Source: Hemiscyllium ocellatum
Lineage: Eukaryota
DNA length: 64,000 bases
Direction of reading: 5' to 3'
NCBI RefSeq assembly: GCF_020745735.1
Contig: NC_083409.1
Span: forward strand, 20,294,341-20,358,340
Numbering within the stretch: the first letter of the stretch is position 1; the number at the start of each line of letters is the position of its first letter. The translations under genes and the position numbers were made by a program. Under the pieces are notes generated by a model, which saw only the letters and a program-made list of their open reading frames with translations, was not told the origin of the DNA and did not search any database. Positions 50,901 through 62,059 of the stretch are shown piece after piece.

Positions 50901-51369
50901 CTGAATACTCCCTGAGTGAGCTCACTCCATTATGTTCAGATACACTGCCATTGAGTACCCAGGGAGCCCATCCCTCCACTCCAGGGTTTTGATAGCCCTC
51001 CCATCACACAGTCCCCCCGTGAACCCCTTCAGTTCATTCTCCACTGATGGGGCATTATGGAGTGAAAGGTACCCTCCTCACTCTGGGTTTGGACCTTTCC
51101 CATCTACACTGAGTTCAGCTCACTCTCGGCATCATTCTTCGATCTTTCCGAAGCCAACATACCTTTCTTCTTTTCCCCATTTATTGGGAAAGATTTTCTC
51201 AGGGCCCTGAATTCCTGCTGAAAGTGCCCCTTCTGTCCCTAACTGTAGTATTGCCCTCCTGCTCCCAGGACCCCATTGCTCTCTCTATTCTCCCCCTCCT
51301 GTTCCGTGCCTTGATGGTGGAGGGTTTCAATTCACACACTCTTTCCCTGAGGCTTCAGCTCGGGCCATT

Positions 51370-52100
51370 TCCAAAGCACACACGAGACAGAGACTGAATC
51401 TTCTTCATCTTTATTCCCTTTTCCAGATTGACATTGACAGAAAACAATCAGCAATTAACAGCCCAGACAGAGGAAGCTGCTCAAATTCACAGCCACATTG
51501 GAGCTTGAGGAAAACACTTGTGGAGATTTTCTCAATAACCTGAAAATCCTGTCCTTTTAAACAGTGACAAAACCTTAAATTGGAACTGGTGGCTGAGCAG
51601 GAAGGAGATCTGTTTTACTGAAGCAGAGACTTCTGAGGTTCACATTGTTTTGTACAGCTGATAGTTTTCAATATCTTTGAAAGGTTATGCTTGTTATTAC
51701 AAGTCAACACTGTCCCCAACAAACAGTCTCCTGGACAGGGACAGAATAGGGTTATATACAGAGTAAATCTCTATCCACACTGTCCTCATCAAAAACTCCC
51801 AGGACAGGGACAGCACTCAGTTGGGTACAGAGTGAAGCTCCCTCTACAGTGTCATAGTTACCTGCCTTAACCCCTGAACCTCGGAGTCTCCCAGAGGCCA
51901 GTCTCACGAAGGAAGAGAGTTGAAATTCAGTGCTGCCAATGACCTTTGTCCTGCCAGCTCAGCCCTGTTCTATTTAAAGTTGTGTCTCCTCTGTGGACTG
52001 TCTCAATTACTCTACACACATTTTGATCTCCTGATGCTCTTGCTGAGGGGAGAGGGGAGGATCACGTGGGTGAGGGCACAGGAGAAATGCACGTTAGTCT
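51370..52100 (-). pseudogene. IGKC: Orphan 5'-truncated Ig kappa C remnant (copy 2) with 3' UTR
   Basis: Last ~25 codons FSCALTHVILPSPLSKSIRRSKCV with stop at 52012, a 3' UTR homologous to 36497-37020, and AATAAA at 51410-51415. Homology is lost above about 52100. Confidence 0.9.
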
Positions 52101-52434
52101 GGCAAAAGTCCCATTTTGAATATTTGTATCCAATACCCAACAAACCCGATGTTTTTAAAATTCCTTTTTGATTGTGGACATTGAAGTCCCCCCACCCAGA
52201 GTACATTCTGTGCCCTCACCACCCTCAGAGCTTCCTCCAAGTGCTGTTCAACATGGAGGAGAGACTGACTCATCAGCCGAGGGTGGACAGAACATGGTCA
52301 TCAGCCAGAGGTTTCACAGAATCAGAGAATCATAGTGTGGAAGAGGTCCCTCATCTGATCATGTCTGTCCCACCAAGGCAAAACTAAATCTACTGCCCAT
52401 CCACTTTCTCAAACTGGGCTCAAGGTATTGAATG

Positions 52435-52600
52435 GGGAGAAAGTGAGGACTGCAGATGCTGGAGATCAGAGCTGAAAACGTGTTGCTGGAAAAGTGCAGG
52501 AGGAATTGAGCCCTGAAGAAGGGATCATGCCCGAAACGTCGATTCTCCTGTTCCTGAATGCTGCCTGACCTGTTGCGTTTTTCCAGCAATACTTTCAGCC
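52435..52600. mobile_element. Fold-back PLE terminus with a central hammerhead core
   Basis: ~30-bp inverted arms 52471-52500 / 52569-52599; CTGAAGA at 52513, GAAACGTC at 52533-52540. Confidence 0.75.
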
Positions 52601-52779
52601 CAAAGCATTGAATATTCGGATATTTCAGGTGCTCATCCAGGTTATTATAAAAGGTATATTTTTAAAATATTGTCCAGGACATCATAAGGATCTGCTCTGC
52701 TCCTCTCATAGTGTCATGGCATCTTCTACTGTCCCTTGAGAGGGCAGACATGAGAACAACCCATCTGAAAGATGGTCCC

Positions 52780-53120
52780 TGAGCACTGACCTCTGATAGT
52801 GTTGCACTCCCTCGGTATTGACACACCAGCAGTGCTGCACTTCCTCACCATGAACTGACAGTGCGGCACTCCCACAGTATTGACTTTCTGACAGTGCGAC
52901 ATTCCCTCAGTACGAAACCCTCTGACAGTGTGGCACTGTCTCAGTACTGACCTTCTGACAGTGCAGTACTCCCTCAGTACTGACCCACCATTAGTGCAAC
53001 ACACCCTCAGTACTGACCCTCCAAAAGTCTGGCACTCCCTCAGTACTTTCCTTCTGACAGTGTGGCAGTCCCTCAGTACTAACCCTCTGACAGGGCCGCA
53101 CTCCCTCAGTGCTGCACTGC
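52780..53120. repeat. ~33-bp minisatellite (cagtgcggcactccctcagtactgaccctctga-like), about 10 units
   Basis: Recurrent ctccctcagtactgac...ctgacagtg. Confidence 0.85.
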
Positions 53121-54293
53121 ACTCTCAGCCTAGATAATTTGCTTCAGTGATAGAATCATATAATGATGGAATCTGTACAATGTCGAAGCAGGCCATTCAC
53201 TCCAATGAGTTCACACCAATGTTTCAAAGAGCATCCCACCTAGATTCAAACCACGACACTATGCCTGTAACCCTGCATTTCCCAATGGCTCATCCACCTA
53301 GTCTGCAACTTGGTGAGTCTGAGAGGAGAGTGCTCCCCACTGAGACCAGGCTGACACCTCCCGTCCAAGAGCCTGTCTTGCTTCACCATCCCACGCCACA
53401 CTTGGAGGAATGACACCATCTGGAGATGATTCCCAGCTAGAGATAGTGCCTTCAGAAGAGAGATGGAGAACAGACGATGGGGGCAGGGGGCAGTGGGGTC
53501 TGTTGTCTCGAGGTGAGGTGTGGGACATTGAAGCAGGCGATGGCAGGTGCTGAGCCCTTTCCCCGGAAGGAGTTTGTAAGTTGATGGGTGAAAGTGGGAG
53601 GGGCACTAGAGTAACACCTTTGTTGCTGCTGAAACCCTCGCTGTCTGCTCAGTCACGTCTGAGAGACACACAGATACATCAGACACACAGGAGACAGCTT
53701 TTGTGGATGTTCACCTGGGGCAGGCCTCATCAGTCATGGAGCTATGGTCAGTAACAGTGTAAGCGGTGCGGCCCTGAAAGTCTGAGTCTGCAACTCAGCT
53801 CGGAAGGACATCAGCTCATTCGTCAAACCTGGTTCTGTCCCTCTGCAGCCTAGCCAGGCTGCCTGTGCCTTTTCACCACTCCCAGGTTTTCCCTTGTGCC
53901 ACAGCTCATTCTCCTGAGGGTCAGCTGTACTCAGGCCCGGCACATGATCTGTCCCTCTGTCAGATCCTCTTCAAGAAACTCATGGCTCACCACCGCCCTC
54001 TCCAGGATAGTTAGGGAAGGGCAATAAACAGCAGACATCAATGCCCTCCCCATCCCAGGAGTAATCAAAACAACTGATGGACAATTTAATCAATCAAACT
54101 GGTTGAAGGTGGTTAAATCATTCCAGTGATTAAATTTCACTTGGTAATTCCTGTATTAAGTTCAAGGTGAAACTTTCCTGGTCTTTGCTGAATTTAGGAG
54201 TAAAAAATGAGGTTTGCAGATGCTGGAGATCACAGCTGCAAATGTGTTGCTGGTCAAAGCACAGCAGGTTAGGCAGCATCTCAGGAATAGAGA

Positions 54294-54329
54294 ATTCGAC
54301 GTTTCGAGCATAAGCCCTTCATCAGGAAT
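54294..54329 (-). ncRNA. Minimal type I hammerhead ribozyme motif
   Basis: Exact reverse complement of the motif at 55264-55299. Confidence 0.75.
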
Positions 54330-55263
54330 AAGAGAGAGAGAGCCAAGCAGGCTGAGATAAAAGGTAGGGAGGAGGGACTAGGGGGAGGGGCGATGGAGGT
54401 TGGATAGGTGGAAGGAGGTCAAGGTGAGGGTGATAGGCCGGAGTGGGGTGGGGGCGGAGAGGTCAGGAAGAGGATTTCAGGTTAGGAGGGCGGTGCTGAG
54501 TTGAGGGAACCGACTGAGACAAGGTGGGGGGAGGGGAAATGAGGAAGCTGGAGAAATCTGAATTCATACCTTGTGGTTGGAGGGTTCCCAGGCGGAAGAT
54601 GAGGCGCTCCTCCTCCAGCCGTCGTGTAGTTGTGTTCTGCCGGTGGAGGAGTCCAAGGACCTGCATGTAAAACTTGCGCCCACACCTCCACACTCACTTC
54701 CCTCCAAGGCCCCAAGGGATCCTTCCATATCCGCCACAAGTTCACCTGTACCTCCACACACATCATCTATTGCATCCGCTGCACCCAATGTGGCCTCCTC
54801 TATATTGGTGAGACAGGCCGCTTACTTGCGGAACGCTTCAGGGAACACCTCTGGGCCGCCCGAACCAACCAACCCAATCACCCCGTGGCTCAACACTTTA
54901 ACTCCCCCTCCCACTCCACCGAGGACATGCAGGTCCTTGGACTCCTCCACCGGCAGAACACAACTACACGACGGCTGGAGGAGGAGCGCCTCATCTTCCG
55001 CCTGGGAACCCTCCAACCACAAGGTATGAATTCAGATTTCTCCAGCTTCCTCATTTCCCCTCCCCCCACCTTGTCTCAGTCGGTTCCCTCAACTCAGCAC
55101 CGCCCTCCTAACCTGCAATCCTCTTCCTGACCTCTCCGCCCCCACCCCACTCCGGCCTATCACCCTCACCTTGACCTCCTTCCACCTATCCCACCTCCAT
55201 CGCCCCTCCCCCTAGTCCCTTCTCCCTACCTTTTATCTCAGCCTGCTTGGCTCTCTCTCTCTT

Positions 55264-55299
55264 ATTCCTGATGAAGGGCTTATGCTCGAAACGTCGAAT
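55264..55299 (+). ncRNA. Minimal type I hammerhead ribozyme motif
   Basis: Stem I ATTC/GAAT, core CTGATGA, extra A, stem II GGGC-TTAT-GCTC, then GAAAC and GTC (predicted cleavage after 55295); palindromic ACGT as stem III. Confidence 0.75.
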
Positions 55300-55949
55300 T
55301 CTCTATTCCTGAGATGCTGCCTAACCTGCTGTGCTTTGACCAGCAACACATTTGCAGCTTTGCTGAATTTAGATCAATTTTCATTGTTAACTTAATACAT
55401 TTCCATCTTCATTCTTTCTCTCCAAACTGATCCCAATTTGAATGTTGCGAAAAACAAAACATTTTGTTGAAGCTTTTTGTCTTGCATACATCAGGACAAT
55501 TTACAAGAAATGTCACCGCAAAGGAAAACAATATTTAAACAGGCGTGTTCATAGTGACAACACCTCAGCCCATCAGCACTTTCCTCATATGCAATATCAA
55601 TGTCATGTTTTTCTCCTTTGATTGGTACTTTTACAATTATCCTGATGAGTGTAAAATGAAAAGCTTCCAAACACCGGGCATTTTTCAGGCCAGTTCAATA
55701 TTCTCAAATGACTATTTGATCCTAATTTGCTCTTTTGCTTCAGACCTGTTCAAATTCCATGAAGTAATTCTGTCCCATTTTGAATGGAGGACCCATTTTA
55801 CCAGCACTCACTAAATTCCAATTTCGACACCAAAATATTTTTCCTGATCTCCTTCCTGTATCTGGTGTATGACCAGAGAATGTGTCATTTTGCCTTTCTG
55901 TTTGTCGGTATTGACAGTAAATCTACATTTACTGTGTCGATTTCATAAA

Positions 55950-58900
55950 GAAGTTTTGTTACGAGAATACCCTCCCTCCCCCCTCGAGATTCTGTTCTGG
56001 TATTTCCCTGTAACCTGGATCCCCTGTCCCTGTCCCATTCTGCATTGCCCCTCAATGAAGCCCCTAATTGTCCACCATATTCCAGATGTGTCCTAACCAT
56101 TCTTCAGTACATCTGTCCTGGCCACTCTCCCTTCCATCTCCTCACTCTCAATATTCATTCCAAAGTCCCATTGCCCTTTCCCATTTCTTTTTTTCTGATT
56201 TTCTTTCCCAATTTTAAGCATTTATGTTGCTCAACATCCTTTCTTGCCCACTGCAGTACATTGTTTACAATATGAGCTACACTTCATCCTTTTAACGTTC
56301 TGGGTCATTACAACCAGGAAAGCTCTCAATAGAAAAATTCAATTAATCCCATTGCCCTGCTCTATCCCAACAGCTTTAGTGCATTTATGGTGCATATGGT
56401 GCATTCAATGACATCTGACACTTGTCTGTCTTACCCACTTACACCCACTAATGGCTTTCTCTTGAGTTCTTCCTGACAAATTGCTGTTTGTTGCAGTTTG
56501 GTGACACACTTTGGTAGCCGTTTGTTCGGTCTTTGTGTAATTCATTTTGTGCCTGATCCGTAGGGCACTCCACCTTGCAATTTAAAAATGCAGGTTCACC
56601 CATGTCATGGCCGAGGCTCCAGTCTTTCAAAGAGATGAGTTCAAGCCTCACCAGTTTAATCATTCGAATTGTACGTCATTTATTTTGATTTCTCCTGGGA
56701 TGGGGCAAGCTTTGATTTGTCTGCTATTTGTTGTCCTTCCCTAATTGTCCTGGAGAGGGCGGTGGTGAGCAATGTCATATTGAGAACATAGAACATTACA
56801 GCGCAGTACAGGCCCTTTAATCCTCGATGTTGCACCAACCTGGGGAACCAATCTAAAGCCCATCTATCCTACACTATACCATTTTCATCCAGATGTTTAT
56901 CCCGTGACCATTTAATTACCCTTAGTGTTGGCAAGTCTGCTACTGTTGCAGGCTGTGCATTCCATGCCCCTACTAGTCTCTGATTAAAGAAACTACTTTT
57001 GACATCTCTCCTATATCTATCACCCCTGAATTTAAACCTATGTCCCCTCAGCATCTGAGGAAAAAGGCTCTCACTATCCACCCTATCTAACCTTGTGATT
57101 ATCTTAATATGCCTCAATTAAGACAACTCTCAACCTTCTTCTCTCTGACAAAACAGCCACAAGTCCCTCATCCTTTCCTCATAAGGCCTTCCCTCCATGC
57201 CAGGCAACAACCTAGTATATTTCCTCTGAACCCTTAAGTTCCCACATCCTTTTTTTTAATGCGGTGACCACAACTGTATGAAATGCTCCAATTGCGGCCA
57301 CACCAGAGTTTTGTACAGCTTCAGCATGACCTCATGGCTCCTAAACCCATCTCTCTACCAATAAAAGTTAACCACCATAAGCCTTCTTAACCACCCTATC
57401 AAACTGGATTGCAACTTTCAAAGATCTGTGCACGTGGACACCGAGATCTCTCTGCTCATCTACACTACTAAGAATCTTACCATTAGCCCAGTGCTCTTTA
57501 TTCATGGTGCTCCTTCCAAAGTGAATCACCTCAACTTTTCTGCATTAAACTCTGCATTTGCCACCTCTCAGCCCAGCTCTGCAGCTTATTCATGCCTCTG
57601 TGTAACCTGCAATATCCTTCAGCACTATCCAGAACTCCACAAACCTCAGTGTCATCCGCAAATTTGCTAACCCATCTTTCGATGCCCTAATTCAGGTCAT
57701 TTATAAAAATGGCAAACAGCAGTATCCCCAAAAGAGATGCTTGCATTACACCGCTAGTAACTGAACTCCAGGATGAACATTATCCATCAACAACTACGCT
57801 CTGTCTTCTTTCAGCTAACCAACTTCTGATCCAAACCGCTAAATCACTCTTAATCCCAGTCTTGGTATTTTGTGGAGAACCTTATCCAATGCCTTACTGA
57901 AGTGCATATTCATCACATCAACCGCTTTACCCTCATGTACCTGTTTGGTCACCTTCTCAAAGAACCCAATAAGGTTTGTGAGGCCGGAGCTACCATGCCG
58001 ACTCATTCCTTTCTAGATGATTATAAATTCTATCTCTTCTAACCTTTTCCAACACTTTACCCACAACTGAAGTAAGGTTCACTGGTCTATAATTACCAGG
58101 GTTGTGTCTATTCCCCTTCTTGAACAAGGGCAGTAGACACAACCCTTGCTTTCCTCCAGTATTCTGGCACTGGATTTGTCGACAATGATGACATAAAGAT
58201 CAAAGCCAAAGCCTCGGAAATCTCCTCCCTGACTTCCCAGAGAATCCTTGCAAAAATCCCAACTGGCCCAGGGAACTTAAATATTTTCGCCCTTTCCAGA
58301 ATTGCTAACTCCTCCTCCTTAAGAGGGAAATCAGGATGGCACAAAGGTAACATGAGATAGCTTTGCGTAATTTGGCTAAGGAAAATCCAAAGGGATTTCA
58401 TAAATGCATAAAGGACAAAAGAGTAATAATTAACTGAATAGGACCCCTCAAAGATCAGCAAGGCAGTCTATGTGTGGGCAAGGAGATGGGTCAAATACTA
58501 AACAAGTACTTTGTGTCAGTGTTTACTGTGGAGAAAGACACAGCAGATAGAGAATTTGGGGAAATAGATGGTGACATATTACAAAGGAGGAAGTGAGGTA
58601 TGTCTTAAAATGCATAAAAGTAGATAACTCACTGGGACCTGATCAGGTGCACCCCAGAACTCTGTGGGAAGCTGGGGAAGTGATTGCTGAGCCACTTGCT
58701 GAAATATTTATATCATTGATGGTCACAGGTGAGGTGCTGGAAGACTGGAGTTCAGCTAATGTGGTAAGGAAAAGCCAGGAACCGGTGAGCCTGACATAGT
58801 GGGTGGAGGGAATTGTTGGAGGGAATCCTGAGGGATAGGATTTACATGTATTTGGAAAGACAAGGACTGATTCAGGATAGTCAACATGGCTTTGTATCTG

Positions 58901-59400
58901 GGAAATCATAACTCACTAACCTGATTGAGTTTTTTGAAGATGTAACAAAGACAATTGATGATGTCAGAGCAGTGGATGTGATGTATATGGACTTCAGTGA
59001 GGCATTCAACAAGTTTTCTTGCGTTGGATTGGTTTGCAAGGTTAGATCACATGGACAAACAAAGAGAACTAGCTGTTTGGATATAGAAATGGCATGAAGG
59101 TAGAAGACTGTGAGTGATGGAGGAGAGTTGCTTTTCAGACTGGAGGCCTGTGATCAGTGGTGTGCCATAAGGATCGGTGCTGGGTCCACTGCTTTTTGTC
59201 ATTGACATAAGGATTTGGATGTAAACATAGGAGGTACAGTTAGTAAGTTTGCCCATAACATCAAATTAGAGATGTAGTGAGAAGTGAAGAAGGTTACTAC
59301 AGAGCACAATGGGCGGACGAGTGGCAGATGGAGTTTACTTTAGATAAATTTGAGGTGCTGTATTTTGGAAAGTCAAATCAGGCCAGGATTTAGATGCATA
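55950..59400. mobile_element. Cluster of degraded CR1-type LINE fragments (- strand to about 58330, + strand after)
   Basis: The tail gaacatagaacattacagcgcagtacaggccc at about 56783 matches the young LINE's 3' end; RT-region ORFs on both strands. Confidence 0.8.
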
Positions 59401-59730
59401 ATCATGGAATTCCTACAGTATGGAAACAGGCCATTTGGCCCAAGAAATCCACACCGACCCTCTGAAGAGTAACCCATCCAGACCAATTCCCCGGCCCTGT
59501 TCCTTTACATTTATCCCTGACTAATGAATCTAACGTACTTATGCCTGAACATTGGACAATTTAGCATGGCTAATTCACCAAACTGCACATCTTTAGACTA
59601 TGGGAGGTAACCCACGCAGACACATGGAGAATGTACAAATTTCGCACGGACAGTCACCCCCAAGATTTGAACTGAACCAAGGCTCTGGCACTGTGAGGCA
59701 GCAGTGTTAACCACTGAGGTACTGAGTCAC
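59400..59730 (-). mobile_element. HE1/V-SINE-like SINE
   Basis: Reverse complement of the SINE consensus seen elsewhere in the window. Confidence 0.75.
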
Positions 59731-60490
59731 CGTGTCATCCCTTAATGGTAACGTACTGGGGAGTGTTGCTGAACAAAAAGACCTTGGAATGCAGGTTCAT
59801 AGTTCCTTGAAATTAGAGTCACAGGTCAAAAAGATAGTGAATAAGGTATTTGGTATGCTTTCTATTATCAGTCAGAGTATTGAATACAAGAGTTGGAAGG
59901 TCATATTGCGGCTGTACAGGACATTGGTTTGGCCACATTTGGAACGTTGTGTGCAAATCTGGTCTCCCTCTTATCAGAAGGAAGTTGTGAAACTTGAAAG
60001 GGGTCAGAAAAGATTTACAAGAATGCTACCAGTGTTGTTTTTTTTAGCAATGGGGTGAGGCTGAACAGACTTGGGACTGTTTTCTCTGGAGTGTCGGAGG
60101 CTGAGGGGTGACCTTATAGAAGTTTATAAAATCATGAGCAGTATGGGTAGGATAAATAGACAAGGCGTTTTCCCTGGGGTGGGGGAGTCCAGAACTGGAG
60201 GGCATAGATTTAGAGTGAGAGGGGAAAGATTTGAAAGAGTCCAATGGAGCAACTTTTACACACAGACGGTGGTGCCTGTATGGAATGAGCTGCCAGAGGA
60301 AATGGTGCAGGTTGATATAATTACAACATTTCAAGGACATTTGGATGGGTGTATAAATACGAAGGGTTTGGAGGGATATGGGCCAAGTGTTGGCAAATGG
60401 GTCTAGATTAGTTTCATATATCTGGTCTATATGGATAAGTTGGACCGAAGGGTTTGTTTCTGTGCTGTCCATCTCTATGATTCTGAGATT
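59730..60490 (+). mobile_element. CR1-type LINE 3' fragment
   Basis: LYRTLVWPHLERCVQIWSPSY, GLFSLECRRLRGDLIEVYKIM. Confidence 0.88.
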
Positions 60491-61252
60491 CTATGAAATG
60501 CAGCAAAGTTGAGAAACAAATACACAGACATTAACTGGGTAACAGTCCCACCCACACACAGAGACACACGCCTACAGACAGTACTGGGTTACAGATACAT
60601 GAACAGTCAAGGATATACACCGACAGACAGTACTGAATAACAGTCACACCCACACTCACAGACATGGACCATCAGTCAGTACTGGGTAACAGTCATGCCC
60701 ACACTGACAAATGCACCTACAAGACATCATTGGGTTATAGTCATACCTACACAAGGTCATGTATGATGTACGATCCTGACTGATCCCCTCTCTGAACAAA
60801 TACCTCACTCAGTTCAGTTCTGAGCTGTCACTGTGAGGAACAGGCTAAGGAGGGAGAAATGAATGTAATGACTGAAGCCTCCAGTGTCTGAGATTGGCCC
60901 CAGCTCATTTCAAACATTACCCAGCAATAGTAGAGACGGCACAGTGCGATCCCACCAGCTGGGTCTGCAACAACAGAGCGAAGAGGGAATGCCTCAGATT
61001 GGAATGATTGTGCCCCAGCAGCTTTCAGTTTCAGTTCTGTTTAGCATATTGTCAACTTGACAGATTCAGATCGAAGGGATCACTTGAGAATGGTTCAAGA
61101 TTGGCTCCAATCCAGCCTTTAGCTGATGTGTCTTTGATTGACCATCCAAGCAGCCAATCAGGACAACGATTTGCTGAAATGTAGCCAATCAGCTGAGGCT
61201 AGAGCAGTCTATATACAAAGCACTCAGAGACAGAGACTGAATCTTCTTCATC

Positions 61253-61258
61253 TTTATT
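61253..61258 (-). terminator. Polyadenylation signal of kappa copy 3
   Basis: AATAAA at the position homologous to 36986 and 51410. Confidence 0.7.
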
Positions 61259-61693
61259 CCCTTTTCCAGATTGACATTGACAGAAAACAGACTGCAATGA
61301 ACAGCCCAGACAGAGGAAGCTGCACAAATTCACAGCCACAATGGAGCTTGAGGAAAACACTTGTGGAAATTTTCTCAAAAAAATGAGAATTCTGTCCCTT
61401 GAAACAGTGACTGAACCTTGAATTGGAACTGGGAGCTGAGCAGGAAGGATATCAGGTTTACTGAAGCAGAGACTTCTGAGGTTCACATTGATTATGTACA
61501 GCTGACAGTTTTCAGTATCGAGGAGTTTTACTTGACATCATAACGCTGTCCCCAACAAACACTCCCAGAACAGGGGCAGCACAGGGTCACCTACAATTAA
61601 ATCTCCTTTAAATTGCCCCAATGAACTGCCATAACACCTGAACCTCAGAAGTGTCTCTGAGCCAGTCCTGAGAAGGAAGAGAGTTGAAATTCA

Positions 61694-61998
61694 ATTAGAT
61701 TAGATTAGATTAGATTACTTACAGTGTGGAAACAGGCCCTTCGGCCCAACAAGTCCACACCGACCCGCCGAAGCGCAACCCACCCATACCCCTACATTTA
61801 CCCCTTACCTTACACTACGGGCAATTTAGCATGGCCAATTCACCTGACCCGCACATCTTTGGACTGTGGGAGGAAAACCCACGCAGACATGGGGAGAACG
61901 TGCAAACTCCACACAGTCAGTCGCCTGAATCGGTAATTGAACACGGGTCTCAGGCGCTGTGAGACATCAGTGCTAACCACTGTGCCACCGTGCCGCCC
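61694..61998 (-). mobile_element. Young HE1/V-SINE-like SINE in the 3' UTR of kappa C copy 3
   Basis: Full head gggcggcacggtggcacagtggttagcactg and (AATCT)n tail; absent from the homologous sites in copies 1 and 2. Confidence 0.92.
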
Positions 61999-62059
61999 AA
62001 TGCTGACAATGCCACCACAGTGCTGACAATGACTCTTTTCCTGCCAGGTCAGCCCTGTT

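Larger units (their letters stand above)
54198..55358. mobile_element. Young fold-back Penelope-like insertion: 435-bp inverted arms, GIY-YIG spacer, two hammerheads
   Basis: Arms 54234-54668 and 54925-55359 differ at about 3 positions. ORF ...HIIYCIRCTQCGLLYIGETGRLLAERFREHL.... Flanking direct repeat CTTTGCTGAATTTAG at 54183-54197 and 55358-55372. Confidence 0.93.

Noticed and set aside
51370-52100. C copy 2 as a processed (retroposed) pseudogene
   Set aside because: No poly(A) tail or TSD, and homology continues into the GT-rich element beyond the expected cleavage site, which favours a DNA-level duplication.
52780-53120. 33-bp (and 44-bp at 20645) periodic arrays as CRISPR-like
   Set aside because: Vertebrate DNA; degenerate head-to-tail units without unique spacers; no cas genes.
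60940-60978. CACAGTG + 23 bp + ACAACAGAG as an RSS
   Set aside because: The nonamer matches only 5/9 and there is no adjacent V or J coding sequence; at most a cryptic site.
61930-61998. tRNA genes at SINE heads (also 16298, 30908, 49311, 11482)
   Set aside because: A/B boxes run directly into SINE body sequence; no complete cloverleaf was recognised.
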